NCBI RefSeq assembly: GCF_902459465.1
Contig: NC_047071.1
Location: 992,001-1,056,000 of the forward strand
Direction of reading: 5' to 3'
Origin: Asterias rubens
Lineage: Eukaryota
DNA length: 64,000 nt
Made by a program: the position numbers and the translations under genes. Within the stretch, counting starts at the first letter, position 1. Every line of letters begins with the position of its first letter. Below are positions 36,580 to 48,510 of this stretch, in pieces. Below the pieces are notes generated by a model, which had not been told where the DNA came from, made no database searches, and was given only the letters and a program-made list of their open reading frames with translations.

Positions 36580-37952
36580 TTAAACAAATGGCACGAGTCA
36601 ACAAACTTTATCGCTGAAGACAATTTTTTTCTCATCTCACAATCCAGAAGGGCAAGTGAAAGTACAAGTACATTTATATTGTTATTAATGACATTACCAT
36701 GCATGGGTGTTGATTGGTGGTTGATGTAGCTGGATAGACTATTAAGTCTTCACGGTCGAGTAATCGGCCGTCATGCATTACGATATGCAGTGGGGGCTAA
36801 CTGACCCCCAAGTGTTCCATGGTCCAGTTACGAGTAACTCACCGTTGCTTGTTTGTATAGCACCGCAGGGAAAACAAAACAATATTTGCAGTGTATAGGT
36901 TTAACTGTCTCAACAACCCCTTTGTTTTACCACATAGAACCCACCACATTGTACACAACATATACCCCCCCAACAGGCAGTAAAGAAAATTGATATTTTT
37001 GTATTAATCTCCAGTTTTAAATTAAAAATATTTATACGAGTGTTTTGTTTGGCTGTGGACATTGATATTGGTTTTCAATCTTAAATCCATTGAAAAAATA
37101 AATTCAGTTTAATTTAAACACGCATTCAAATGTACATGTTTTTTCCTTCATTTTGTGGATTCTAAGATATCATTTCGTTAATAAGTTTGAATGGATGACC
37201 AGCATCTTGATGACGTTTTGGCTACTGAGAAAAAGTTTAAAAGATTTTTGTGACCTTATGAATTTGAATGATCTTCCAAACTACATTTTTCTTCTGTTGA
37301 ATTTCTACTACCTATTTACAATTGATGTAACTGTATGACGCCGGACAAGAAATCATAAATTTGAATAATCTAACTTGACCAGTGAATGCTAAACTGCCCC
37401 CAAATAATTTATTTTTACTCTTGAATGCTATGTAACGGAACATTCACATGCTCAGATGAAAGTGGAATAGCCGGATGTTAAATTGAACTCATTTTTTTTC
37501 TGAAACTGCCAGAGAAACCCAGAGAAATGTCTGATTTGTGTTCTACTGTGCTTCCTGTTCTATTTCTTCACTGCGAGGAGGAGGGGAGGGGATGGCGTGT
37601 GGCGTTTTATCCTTTAATCAGTATTTACCTTCGAGTATAAAACCATGTACGATCGAAGATCGTTGCTCTCTTTTACAATTTTTTTTCCGTTCAGGGAAAA
37701 ATTAGGGCAAGCCTACACTATACAATGCGCTCGTTGTATCGAGTTGGCCACGAATCTTTATTTTTATATGGCTACGACCTACCAGCATTGAACGGGCAAT
37801 ATAGAAAGGCCCCTTTTACTCTCTCTCTCTCTCTCTGGTCAATATTGAATGAGTGGCTAATGCCAGCGAAGCTCCCAAAAGAGAAAGCATTATAGGTTTT
37901 ATTTCCCAGGGACGCCTTCTATATCCAAAGACTAATAGGCAATGAATTTTAA

Positions 37953-38716
37953 AGGCACTGGACACTATAAGTAATTGCTCAAAATAATCGTAAGTATTTT
38001 GATAGTAAAACCATTGTGAGAAACGGCGTCCTCTGACGCAGTGTAGTTTTTGTGAAAGAGGTGATTTCTCAGTCAAAATGATAAAAGACTTTTGGCCTGA
38101 AGCCTTTTATTAGGCATCTGAAAGCACATCAATTAAGTGCAACAACTGTTTTTTTTTTCTTTAATTGTTCTCTTGTAACTTAAATGAACATTCATAAATA
38201 CCTCGGACAGTTTCGCTATTCCTATTGGTGGAGAGCGCGTCACGTGGGTGTGTATAAACCTTTGTTTATGACCGGTAAAAAGTGTTAATTCATGGGCGTG
38301 ACACGCGACCTTGCACCTGTTCTTATAAGACATTTTCTCCATTCCTATTGTTCGAGAGCAACGGCTGAAACAGTGTTGTGCCACATCACGCGATACGCGC
38401 GACGCGCACAGCAATCCCTTATAAGGAGTTGTTTACCCGAGGGCGGTGGAGGGTTTTACCATTTAATAGCTGGAGGGGTTTTTAATGTTTGCATTTATTT
38501 TACTTTTTGACCAAAAAGTGTTGATGTTTTTGCCCGAAAAGGTTTTTATGAATGGGCATCAAAGTGCGTTGAATCGGTTTTCAACTAGTGGTTTAAACCC
38601 GCCAAAGATTAATCTTAAGGTCTGCATGCTACAGTGCAGGGTTGGGACTCGTCCTAAGTCATAAGATTAGTCTTAAGTTAGGAAGAGTTTTGTGAAATCG
38701 ACGGCCTGCAGTGTCT
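37953..38716 (+). mobile_element. Nested stack: family A left part (37953-38187), unrelated repeat F (38194-38603), half family D (38605-38705), family A terminal remnant cagtgtct|ttaa
   Basis: Each segment matches copies elsewhere in the window, except F, which I recognise only as a repeat-like block. Confidence 0.7.
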
Positions 38717-39034
38717 TTAAGTCTCAACCAATGCTGTTGTTCTAAGATGTGATTATTTCTACTCACTGACGACAGTTCTGTTCTTGAATTAGTGACCTGG
38801 TTGTCCTCAGAGGTTGGTGATGTAATCCGCCCTTGTCAGATCAAGCAGCTAAAGTGAAATGTGTGAACATGTTTGTGCGCACCTGCGCCTAAACATTTAA
38901 ACTTTACAAGAAAAGTAAACGTTAAGTTTTTGGAACCGTTCAGTTGAGTTTAATGCTTTATGTAGACGTATACAAACCTGTGAAAACTTCATTTCAAAAA
39001 TATTGTTATGATTCAACTATAGTTTTAAAGATGC

Positions 39035-39146
39035 TTCTTGTTAAATCTAAACATACCAATTGAGATGTAAAACTAAATATACGCCTACCATGATTCTTGT
39101 TAAATATAAACATACCAATTGAGCTGTAAAACTATACGCCTACCAT
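39035..39146 (+). repeat. Tandem duplication, period 59 bp
   Basis: ttcttgttaaat.taaacataccaattgag.tgtaaaact..tacgcctaccat occurs twice. Confidence 0.9.
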
Positions 39147-39604
39147 TAGAAAAAACAAAAATCTAATTTGGATGAATATTAAAAAACATTATTATAACAC
39201 CGCCAATACAGATCCTAGTCTTGGTTGTTGTAACACGATTCATTTATGCTGTCTGTGTGGCAGACAATTTCTGTCACCCACCTGCCGGAGATGTTGTCCC
39301 CCCCCCCCCCCAAAAAAAAAAAAAAAAAAAATAGTAATCTGTGTACAGTCTACTTCTGATAGCGCCCTCTTTTGAATCTTACAGCCCACGTTTGTTTCCC
39401 ACAATATGGAGGGGTGGGGCGGGGGGGGGGGAGAATATCCGGCGGAACTTAACCCTGGGACACCTGGACTCCCCTGAAATATTTTGTGGAGTCCTATATG
39501 GATAATTATAGGACGCCTAAGACGCTTCGCTGCGTCGTTTCCAAAATGAGTGTTCCCAACCGTTTGTCTTAATGAAGCGTCGTTTTACGGCGGACAAGGC
39601 TGGT

Positions 39605-39605
<1 letters not shown>

Positions 39606-39669
<64 letters not shown>

Positions 39670-39720
39670 CGGCACTTAAAATACGCTCTACTAAGAAAAC
39701 TAAACCACAGCGCTTACAAA
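39606..39720 (-). mobile_element. LINE/SINE 3' tail ending in a long (ATT)n tract
   Basis: Reverse complement gtaagcgctgtgg..agagcgtattttaagtgccgttt(att)n; about 21 perfect TAA units at 39606-39668. Confidence 0.65.
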
Positions 39721-40633
39721 AATATTTAGTACAGGAAAATAAATAAATAAATTCATGAAAAGTCAATTGAATTCAAAGAAGTCCATGTTGTTTTGAAAGG
39801 GTATTTCGAGTGTTTGAATGGACATTGTTTTTCCTTTTTTTTCAAATGACAAGGCATTATGAATAAGTTGTATACTAATAATCCTTTTCATAATTTTTAC
39901 ATTAATTTGAGTTGTACCTTGGGTTCACATAATATTAGTTCGTTGTCGAAACCTGTCTTTGTCATTTTCTTTTATACCTTCGACTCGTGAAATTGAATAA
40001 TTGTTAACCTCTTTACTATAATCTCAAAAAAATGTACTAAAATGCATCAAATTCTTGCATACCATAGCACTAGCCCTTTAATAATAAGTACCGTATGAAT
40101 ATTCATTTCATTGCTCACTATTTTGACAGAAGCTGGTTTGATTGATGAACCATTTATGTCACAGGCATCTATTCTTAGTTTGGGCCGATAATGTGGGCAC
40201 CAATTGTTATTTATAGGGCCCATCTTTGACTTTCTTCTTATTTCTGTTGATGTACAGTAATTGGCAATATATAGCATTAGTTTAAACCCCGGACTGATCC
40301 TCCGGAATATTTGGTTTTGTTTTATAAGATATGATTTGCACGCATTTGTTTTTAAACAGCACACTTTTAATACCAATGACGATTTAGAATGCATGCATAC
40401 AATTTGAATGCGGACCAGTGTAGCACACAGAATATAATTGAATATCAAAAATCCATTTCAAAAGGGTGTTAAATTGTAGAGTTATTCCAAAGGTTTCACA
40501 CAGCAGAGGTCAAAAGTTGTTCTCTCAGTAGTTGTTTCTTCAGTGTGTCCTAGATTGGTGTTACTAAATCTATGTCAAAACCCAATAACGCCAATAAAAA
40601 AAATGGAAAAAAGTCTGTACACGCAATTATTAA

Positions 40634-41011
40634 AGGCAGTGGACATTATTGGCAATTACTCGAAATAATTATTATCACAAAACCTTACTTGATTACGAGT
40701 AATGGGGAACGGTTGACAGTATGAAACTTTGTGAGAAACGGCTCCCTCTGAAGTAATGTAGTTTTCGAGAAAGAAGTAATTTTCCACGAATTTGATTTCG
40801 AGACCTAAGATTAAGAACTTGAGGTCTCGAAATCAAGCATCTGAAAGCAAACAACTTCGTGTGACAAGGGTGTTTTTTTCTTATACTAATATCATTAACT
40901 TTGACGACCGGTTGAGCTAAAATTTTCACAGGTTTGTTATTTTATGCGTATGTTGAGATACACCAACTGTGAAGACTAGTCTTTGACAATTACCAATAGT
41001 GTCCACTACCT
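40634..41011 (+). mobile_element. MITE family A, young, full length
   Basis: TTAA flanks, TIRs and internal hairpin. Confidence 0.92.
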
Positions 41012-42102
41012 TTAACTGATGACAATATCAACGCGCGGTTCGGGTAATAATAATATAAGGGCTTCATACTCTGGTGGTTTTCATAACGAATCAAGTGGCC
41101 CATGAACTCCACATCCACATTTCTCTATCGCTTCAGTATTATATTTTTTCCTCTCGGCAGATCAAAACCGACATATTAATACATGTCTTGTTTTTTCATT
41201 TTCTTCCCCCACCACAGTTTCTTCGCCTGCACTTGAAGAAAAACTACGTCTCGTCTTCGTTTTTTGGAAAGACACCGGCCTTTTTAATGGATATTCTGTG
41301 AGAACAAACCGCTCCGAGGAAGAAGTGGATTTTAGTTTCAAGTGGACAGCCCCCGACTATCTGACGCTGTCGTGAATTAGAAATCAGGTGATTGGAGCAG
41401 CTCAAGTGGTTTGAGCGCCATTTTGTGGATCGTGCTGAGCAACACTGATGTTTGGGGAGAGGGGTTTCTGTGAGAGACAAGAGACAAGGAACATGCCAAA
41501 ACGGGACAAAGTCACCGAAACCTGAGGATTTCATCGGGGAATGAAATATAAAAAAAGGCTGCCTCAGCAAATGTGTTTGGTCAGTAGTCTGGCACACTGC
41601 GGTTAGAGGCTGACAGGCTAGCATCAAGCACGGTGAGATTAGCGTAATTCCAGTGGATATAACCCATTCCCAGTCTTTGATGAGTCGCCGTGATCCTGAG
41701 GATTTTTCCTGACGCAGGTGTCTTCGTATCTTAGCGACCCAACTGGCTTCCCCAGAGCTTCCAAAGTCCTGAGCTTACACCACACTATAAAAAAGGACCA
41801 AAATATATAACCAAGATTTACCGATGACGAATCGTGTCCACTGGAGTTTGCCGTTAAACGCGCCGTGATTGAATGTATCCATGTCGAGCAGCGCTCTCTC
41901 GCTCTCTCCTTGGGATATTTATGTTTGGACGTGATTTAGCGAGAAACGCATAAATTCTCGCGTTAAACAGGAGCAAAATGTCAACAAATCGACGGGAGGT
42001 AACATTTGTCTCGGCGGGGAAGCTACAACTTGGAAGGAAAATCGCGCCGTTTAAAATTGATTTATTGATCGCGTAAGGACTTCGTCAGTGTTCTCATCTT
42101 AG

Positions 42103-42225
42103 ACCGAACAAAACCGTGGAAATTTACTAATTAAGTATCGCAGAGAGACAATAGATTTTTGGGCAAACACAATGAAATGGAGGTTGGATTAATATGCATT
42201 GTATGGCATCACCCTGAAGGTCGGC
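42103..42225 (+). promoter_or_regulatory. Candidate SK 5' leader beginning at splice acceptor gtgttctcatcttag|A, containing four upstream ATGs
   Basis: Pyrimidine-rich AG at 42101-42102; ATGs at 42172, 42177, 42194 and 42203. Use of the acceptor is inferred. Confidence 0.45.
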
Positions 42226-43065
42226 ATGGCAGTGGTAATGGTTTCGCCAGCCAATGAGCAATCATGCATAGACTCCACAGAGCAGTTGCTCTGTCAGACA
42301 GACGAGGTGCCGGCAGTGTGTGCAGGCGTGCTGGCGCCCTCATCTGACCGTCGCAGTACCCAGGCCGATGTGGTAGAACAACAGCTGCATGAGGCTACCG
42401 GAGGCGGCGAGAGCATGGAATACCATGGCCGTGGTGGAGGTTGGGAGCCACTCCGCAGTCAACACGCTGGTGAAGAGTACGAACTGCAGGCGCGGGATGG
42501 GTCTACACCGGACTCACCTCAAACAACAGCTCACACAGGATTATTGCAGAGTACAGCAGACAATGATGCACACGACAGAACACCAAAAGAAGAATTGTAT
42601 TTTATCGGTGGGAGTACGAGTTACAAACATCAGCACCAGGGACCGACGAGTGCCTCGAGCAGTAGCAGCAGCAGCAAGAAGCCCATACAAAAACGGAAAC
42701 TTCTCGCCGAGCCGTCCAGCGACAATCGCTTCGTCAACCTGGCACACAGGTCGGCTCTCGTGAACGGTACCATCCCCCGGTTCACCCCGCTTCAACTGCA
42801 CCGATCGGAGCGGTCAGGACCACGCTCCTCGGTGTCGGACATGAAAGGCAATGGGGCTGCCGAAGGATCAAGCCGAAAGAGTAGTAGCGGTTCGGGGAAG
42901 AAGAAGACGCATTACAGTCATGCGAACACTGGATACAGACTGGGTCTAAGGAGATCCCTGTTTGAGCGCAGGAAACAGCTCAGTGATTATGCTCTAGTTA
43001 TTGCTATGTTTGGAATTGTTGTCATGATAGTAGAAACCGAGCTTTCCTGGTCCTTCTACAGCAAG
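42226..43065 (+). CDS. KCNN: First coding exon of small-conductance Ca2+-activated K+ channel (SK/KCNN family); 280 codons, N-terminal tail plus S1
   Basis: Translation ends ...[57 protein letters not shown], matching the conserved SK pre-S1/S1 block (vertebrate [47 protein letters not shown]). Followed by AAG|GTAATG donor at 43065/43066, phase 0, the same position as in vertebrate KCNN genes. First in-frame ATG is 42226 (ggcATGG), with an in-frame stop at 42190-42192. The exact start codon is inferred. Confidence 0.95.
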
Positions 43066-44448
43066 GTAATGTATACCATTGTTAAAAACATCCATATTAT
43101 AATAAATAATATCATTTTTTTCCAGGGATCTGCACCTGTTTCGTAAATTAATAATTGACCCATACATCCCCGGGCTATTGTTTTTTTGTAGTATAGACTA
43201 TTTTACCATATTCGTATTTTACTGATGAAAATGCTATGCAAATAAAGGTGGGCTGTTAAATTTATTTAGCAGTGCGGCTCATTTAATTTACGACGAGCCC
43301 ATCTCCGCTCTAGCAATGCGTTGGCTTTTACCATCACACATTATGACCCCTTCCTCCTCCGTGGTACTACACGCAACATGGCGGAGTTTTTATGCACAGG
43401 TATCGTCTCCATGTAGCAATTGGCGACGATACACTATGACTATGAGCAGTGATCTCCGTTGCCCAAAACCCCTATGCTTGTTAGAGAGCACACCATAGAG
43501 GATGTACACACGATGTGCATATTAGATTACACTATGTCTTTGCGGCTGTTGTGGATATTAATACCATTGGTATAATATGCACCACTCCGGTAGCTGTTTC
43601 ACAGTGGGCAGTGGTACACGAAATACCGCAAATGCTTGCACGATGTCAAATTTTTGTTTTGTTATAGTAGAAGGGAGCCCCAATAGTATGTGAAAGAATA
43701 GTCCGTGATAGCCTTGGCTGATATGTAAAGAAATTATTTACACTTAACGCATGGTCTATGCTCCATGGTCTGTGTTTGTCAATGGGCCATCCACGGTTGC
43801 TTTACATTCGTTGTGTTGACTTTCCATTTAGACTAGCACCAATTGGCTCTTATCATACCATACCATCGAAAGTAATGGCTGGACTTGTTAATCCCATCGA
43901 CTGCTTTACACTAAGGCTTATGTCATCGTAGGTGTACAGTAATTGTGTACCACGGGATCCGGCAATACTAGAGACCCGCAATCGTACAGAGTCCTATGGG
44001 GTACGGTTTACTATATAACACGTGTCTTAACAAATTTTATATCTAAAAAACTGTATTTACTTAAAAAAACGTATTTAGAGTTCAAACACATGTTGTACCC
44101 TCGTATTAAATAGATAAACATGTTTATCATTGACACCTCCTCACATGGTTTATCATGTGAACAAAGTGGGTACAAAATGTGTGCTTTAAAATACGTTGAA
44201 AATCTGAACACTGTTCTTTAGTGTATACATCTCTATCCATCTCTCATGTCTCCCTTCCTTGTCTCCCCGGAAGCTCTAAATGTTGAAACCAAACACATTT
44301 ATCTCGACATATTATGATAATTGCATGACACCACGTACGAGAAGCACCCTTGGCGTTGTTCATCATGCTATCTAGCTATCTTCAGTAGATAGCAACGCTA
44401 ATGGCGTCGCTCATGCGATATCCGTGTGTTCTACAGTCGAGGTACATT

Positions 44449-44904
44449 AGCAGTGAACGATTTCCCTTGTATAGCAAGAGCAAAATGCGACTCAAATTTT
44501 AATTTCTCGGTTTCTGCTCAAAATCATCATTTACTACAAAATATTATACTATGTTTAGTATATATATTTTGCTACACAACTTTGCTGGATGAAATGTTTC
44601 CTTGACTAGCTATACAACGCTCTCCCCAAATAGTATCGCATAGAAACACAAAACACTTAGAAATACAAAACACAAGAAAGAACAGTAGCAGTGAAAGATT
44701 TCCCTTGTATAGCAAGAGAAAAATGCTACACAAACTGTCTCAGTTTCTACTCAAAAATCATCATTTGCGACTCAATATTTGCATTTTAGACTTCACACAA
44801 AATATGTTAAGAAAGTATACATGTTCTGCTGTACAAATTTGCAGGATGACAACGTTCCATGACTCGCTATATAACGCTCCCTATAGTATCGCATAGAAAT
44901 ACAA
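44449..44904 (+). repeat. Diverged tandem duplication, period 238 bp
   Basis: agcagtgaa.gatttcccttgtatagcaagag at 44449 and 44687; both end atagtatcgcatagaaa.acaa. Confidence 0.85.
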
Positions 44905-46213
44905 CCCCCCCCCCAAAAAAAAAAAAAAATAAATAAATAAATAACTATTGGTAGTTCGTAGAAACAGTTCTAAAAGTCATGTGTAATATTATTCGACGCT
45001 CATTTCTAAGCAGACATTCTCCTCTCTAATAAAAATATAACAGTAAACTGACTAAAATTTACCATTGTAAGTACTACCTGTGATATGCCATGGCCACGAG
45101 TACGTATTACGTGGCCATCAGTTGGAAAACGTACTAATATTATAGGTGTTCTGTGGTTATTTAAATGGGATGACCGCACATCGAAAACCATACCTACACC
45201 CTCAGGGCATGTTCAGCTTTGTTTGGGTAAATACATCCCCTCCCTCCATCCATCACCTCTCCCCTCTGCCTCGACCTCAACCCGCCCACCATTGAAACAA
45301 CCTCAACGGCAAAGGTTTCTCGCTAACAAACAACTCGAACAAAACAAGTCTTTTTAAAAACATCTGTATTCAAAGCAGGACTTGGTGCGGATAGCGCCAT
45401 GGGAATCTCAAGGGATAAGGTTTCCTGATAGAGCAAACCCTCCATTTCCAAAGGCCACTTCTTGAGAAAGAAAAATGGCGGATTTTTGTAAGCAAACTAC
45501 ATGTCAAACTGAAAAGGTTACTGAATGCCAGGCTAAAATATGTAGACGCGTGGTTTGCCTGCATGACTTTAGCGGAGCGCCTGTTTCACTTCGACATTTT
45601 CGAAGGATCAAATGAATGTTCCTATATGTCGTCACATAATTGCCAAATGCTAATCACTTTACCCTCCATGTTCCATGACTCTGTACGATACCAAGTACAA
45701 GCACCAATCTAAGGAAAAGTCAAGGATCAAACAAACATTATGATGTCATTTTGTGTTGTCAAACCTTGCTGTAAAACAATTCCATTTGGGTGTTCACATT
45801 CCAATGTTATAACAGAAACGGAGTCCAGGCTTTAAAGGCAATGATTGGTTAGGATAACTTTTTTAGACTGGGGTAGTTGTACACCTATATAAAAGTCTAA
45901 ATGCTTACTGATGATTACGTCCAAATGCTAGAACAATTTTGTATGCGAAATGTTTCCCACTGAAACAAAGTCTTCAACAAAACCTTTTTTGTTTTTTTAA
46001 ATACGCAACAGTTGATTTAGGTTAAGACAATTTTCCTTGCTGGTAATTTTGCATGGTTTTCCTCAAATTTTCCACCAACTCATACAGTGGATTAAGAAGA
46101 AAAACAATTCACAGTATTGTTACGTCATATTATAAAGGTTGATCGCATAACACATGAATACTTTCTGCGACTGTCATGTCAGCTCAGCTAACAATCCTGC
46201 ACAGTTCCTTTAA

Positions 46214-46591
46214 AGGCAGTGGACACTATTGGTAATTGTCAAAGACTAGCCTTCACAGTTGGTGTATCTCAACGTATGCATAAAATAACAAACCTGTGAA
46301 AATTTTAGCTCAATCGGTCATCGAAGTTGCGAGATAATAATGAAATAAAAATAACCCTTGTCACACGAAGTTGTGTGCATTTAGATGGTTGATTTCGAGA
46401 CCTCAAGTTCTAAATCTGAGGTCTGGAAATCAAATTCGTGGAAAATTACTTCTTTCTCGAAAACTATGGCACTTCAGAGGGAGCCATTTCTCACAATGTT
46501 TTATACCATCAACCTCTCCCCATTACTTGTCACCAAGTAAGGTTTTATGCTAAAAAATATTTTGAGTAATTACCAATAGTGTCCACTGCCT
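46214..46591 (-). mobile_element. MITE family A, young, full length, reverse orientation
   Basis: TTAA|AGGCAGTGGACACTATTGGTAATTGTCAAAG ... AATTACCAATAGTGTCCACTGCCT|TTAA. Confidence 0.92.
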
Positions 46592-47279
46592 TTAACCTTA
46601 AGAAAAAATACACTAATTTGGTTGACAAGCAGTGTTGACGTAAACCAAATCCAAGCACAGTTTATTTTAACTAGGCCTATACCCTGGTTAAACAAATGAT
46701 AGATATGGCACCAAGAAGGGGTCGACATGACATGCGACTATTTCATGTTATTAAGACCATTGCTAATTCCAGTAGCATGTTCGCACACACATTCGCAACT
46801 GTATCAAATATCATTGTTTTTGGAGGCGGATACAGTGAAACGAATACGTAATTTATTCTTTTAACGATCAGAAAGAGAACAAATCGATTTTGATGTATGC
46901 GGACCCCGTGTTTGGTTAGTATCGAAAAACAAGGATGGATAAAGGGGGAGGGGCAAAGGGGAGGGGGAATTGCAAAGCTGGACCGAGTCCAGGCTTTAGA
47001 TTGAGAGAGGTCAATTGTCCGTTGATGAATAATTCCGGAATTCATTACAAGCTTTCGAAAGTCGTGACAGAACGTTGTGCTGAACACCCAGCCGCCTTAG
47101 GGATCCCCCCCCCCCAAAAAAAAAAAAGCAGCGATAAATCATTTTGCAGTTAAACACATTTTAGTTCCACCATAAAAAATATTAATAAATGATTTCAAAA
47201 TATTTATACAGATCGAAATAATTGTTCGCCGCACTAAGCTAAACAACGTTGTGTGGAAATTCTAAAACTCTCCACTTAC

Positions 47280-47464
47280 AGTTGACCCGGATCCAGGTCA
47301 TGAGTTATGACCTTTTTGAAGTCAATATGTGACCCAGAAATTGGTCTAGTTGACGTAGAATCTGATTCTGTTTATGTCCAGTTTCCGGGGCAGCATGAGC
47401 CAGAAATGAGTCAACGCCCCTGACCTGAAATACAGGTCAATTATGACACAATAGTTTTAGAGTG
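47280..47464. mobile_element. Family H fragment
   Basis: tgacccgga..ggtca..gacccagaaat..ttttagagtg|ta. Confidence 0.55.
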
Positions 47465-48384
47465 TATGGATAGGCTCCTAAACGTGTGAACATACTTCGT
47501 CCCATGTGAAGTGATTAAGCAGATTAAATTCAAAAGAGTTCTGTGCAACGGACATGTTATTTCAAATCACACAGCAGTGTTTGCAAAGCAGCTATATCAA
47601 ACCTCAGCTGTACTTCTCTCATAACCCAACAGTATAGACTTCCCAAATTCCAACCCAACCTTGACGATCATTTCCTTTTGTTAAATAGCTTAGAAGGGTT
47701 GGACGAGTACAATAACTGTTTGCGAACACGCATTGGACAAAAGCATAACTTCACATAAAAAACCAATAGCTGCTGGCGGCTTTGATTCTTAATCTCAAAA
47801 TGACATATGGACATTGCGCTGCTATATAAAAAAGAAACAAACACAGTATGAACTAGGAGAAATGTGAATTAAAATTGTATCTGTGAGGTCACTCATAATT
47901 TGCACACTTTGACATCTTCACCAATGCATTATTTATTACACAGCCTTAGACTCCGATGCAGGCTGTGCAGTGTTGAGAGTATGCATTCTGAAGCTGAGAT
48001 TTGCATTAGTTCGGCTGAGCTGCGAATAAGGAATGCCTTTTTATGCATCATCTCGTAACCACCATGGTGGTAATTTACTATGCATATTTTTCTTGACTGA
48101 TTGGTCTTTTACTGATTTGCTCGGCTCATTTTGTTGGATGATCTTGATGCTTGATCGATTGATGAGAGAGGGGGGGGGGGATCTGCTATCTCAGATTTTC
48201 TCTCTTTCTGTTCGTGAATGTTGAAACTTGTCCCAGTTTTTTACACTTTGCTGACTTTCTGAAGGTTCCAGTGAAAATAACAAAAATGATTTTTCCAGTT
48301 CACATCCTGAAGCAGCCCTTTACAGAACGGACATTAGAAGTTGAAACACTGAACATAAAAACCAAACCAACAGCAATAACAAAA

Positions 48385-48402
48385 TAACAACAAAACAAAA
48401 AT

Positions 48403-48433
<31 letters not shown>

Positions 48434-48510
48434 TCAACAGCAGCAACAGCAATAAGAAAAACATCAACATCAACAGCAAAAGTAGCAACACCAGCGACAG
48501 CGACAACGAC
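48385..48510. repeat. (AAC)n microsatellite with degenerate flanks
   Basis: aacaacaac run 48404-48431 grading into agc/atc variants. Confidence 0.9.

Noticed and set aside
43940-43970. VIVYH lookalike of SK exon 2
   Set aside because: Upstream residues (CHRRCT) do not match ALKCLIS...LLGL, and the frame stops shortly after.
45389-45400. REST/NRSE site (cggatagcgcc)
   Set aside because: Only a mismatched right half-site; the left half is absent.
45836-46209. Fifth TTAA MITE family abutting the 46214 copy
   Set aside because: TTAA-AGG...CCT-TTAA ends are present but the TIR match is short and gapped, and there is no second copy in the window.
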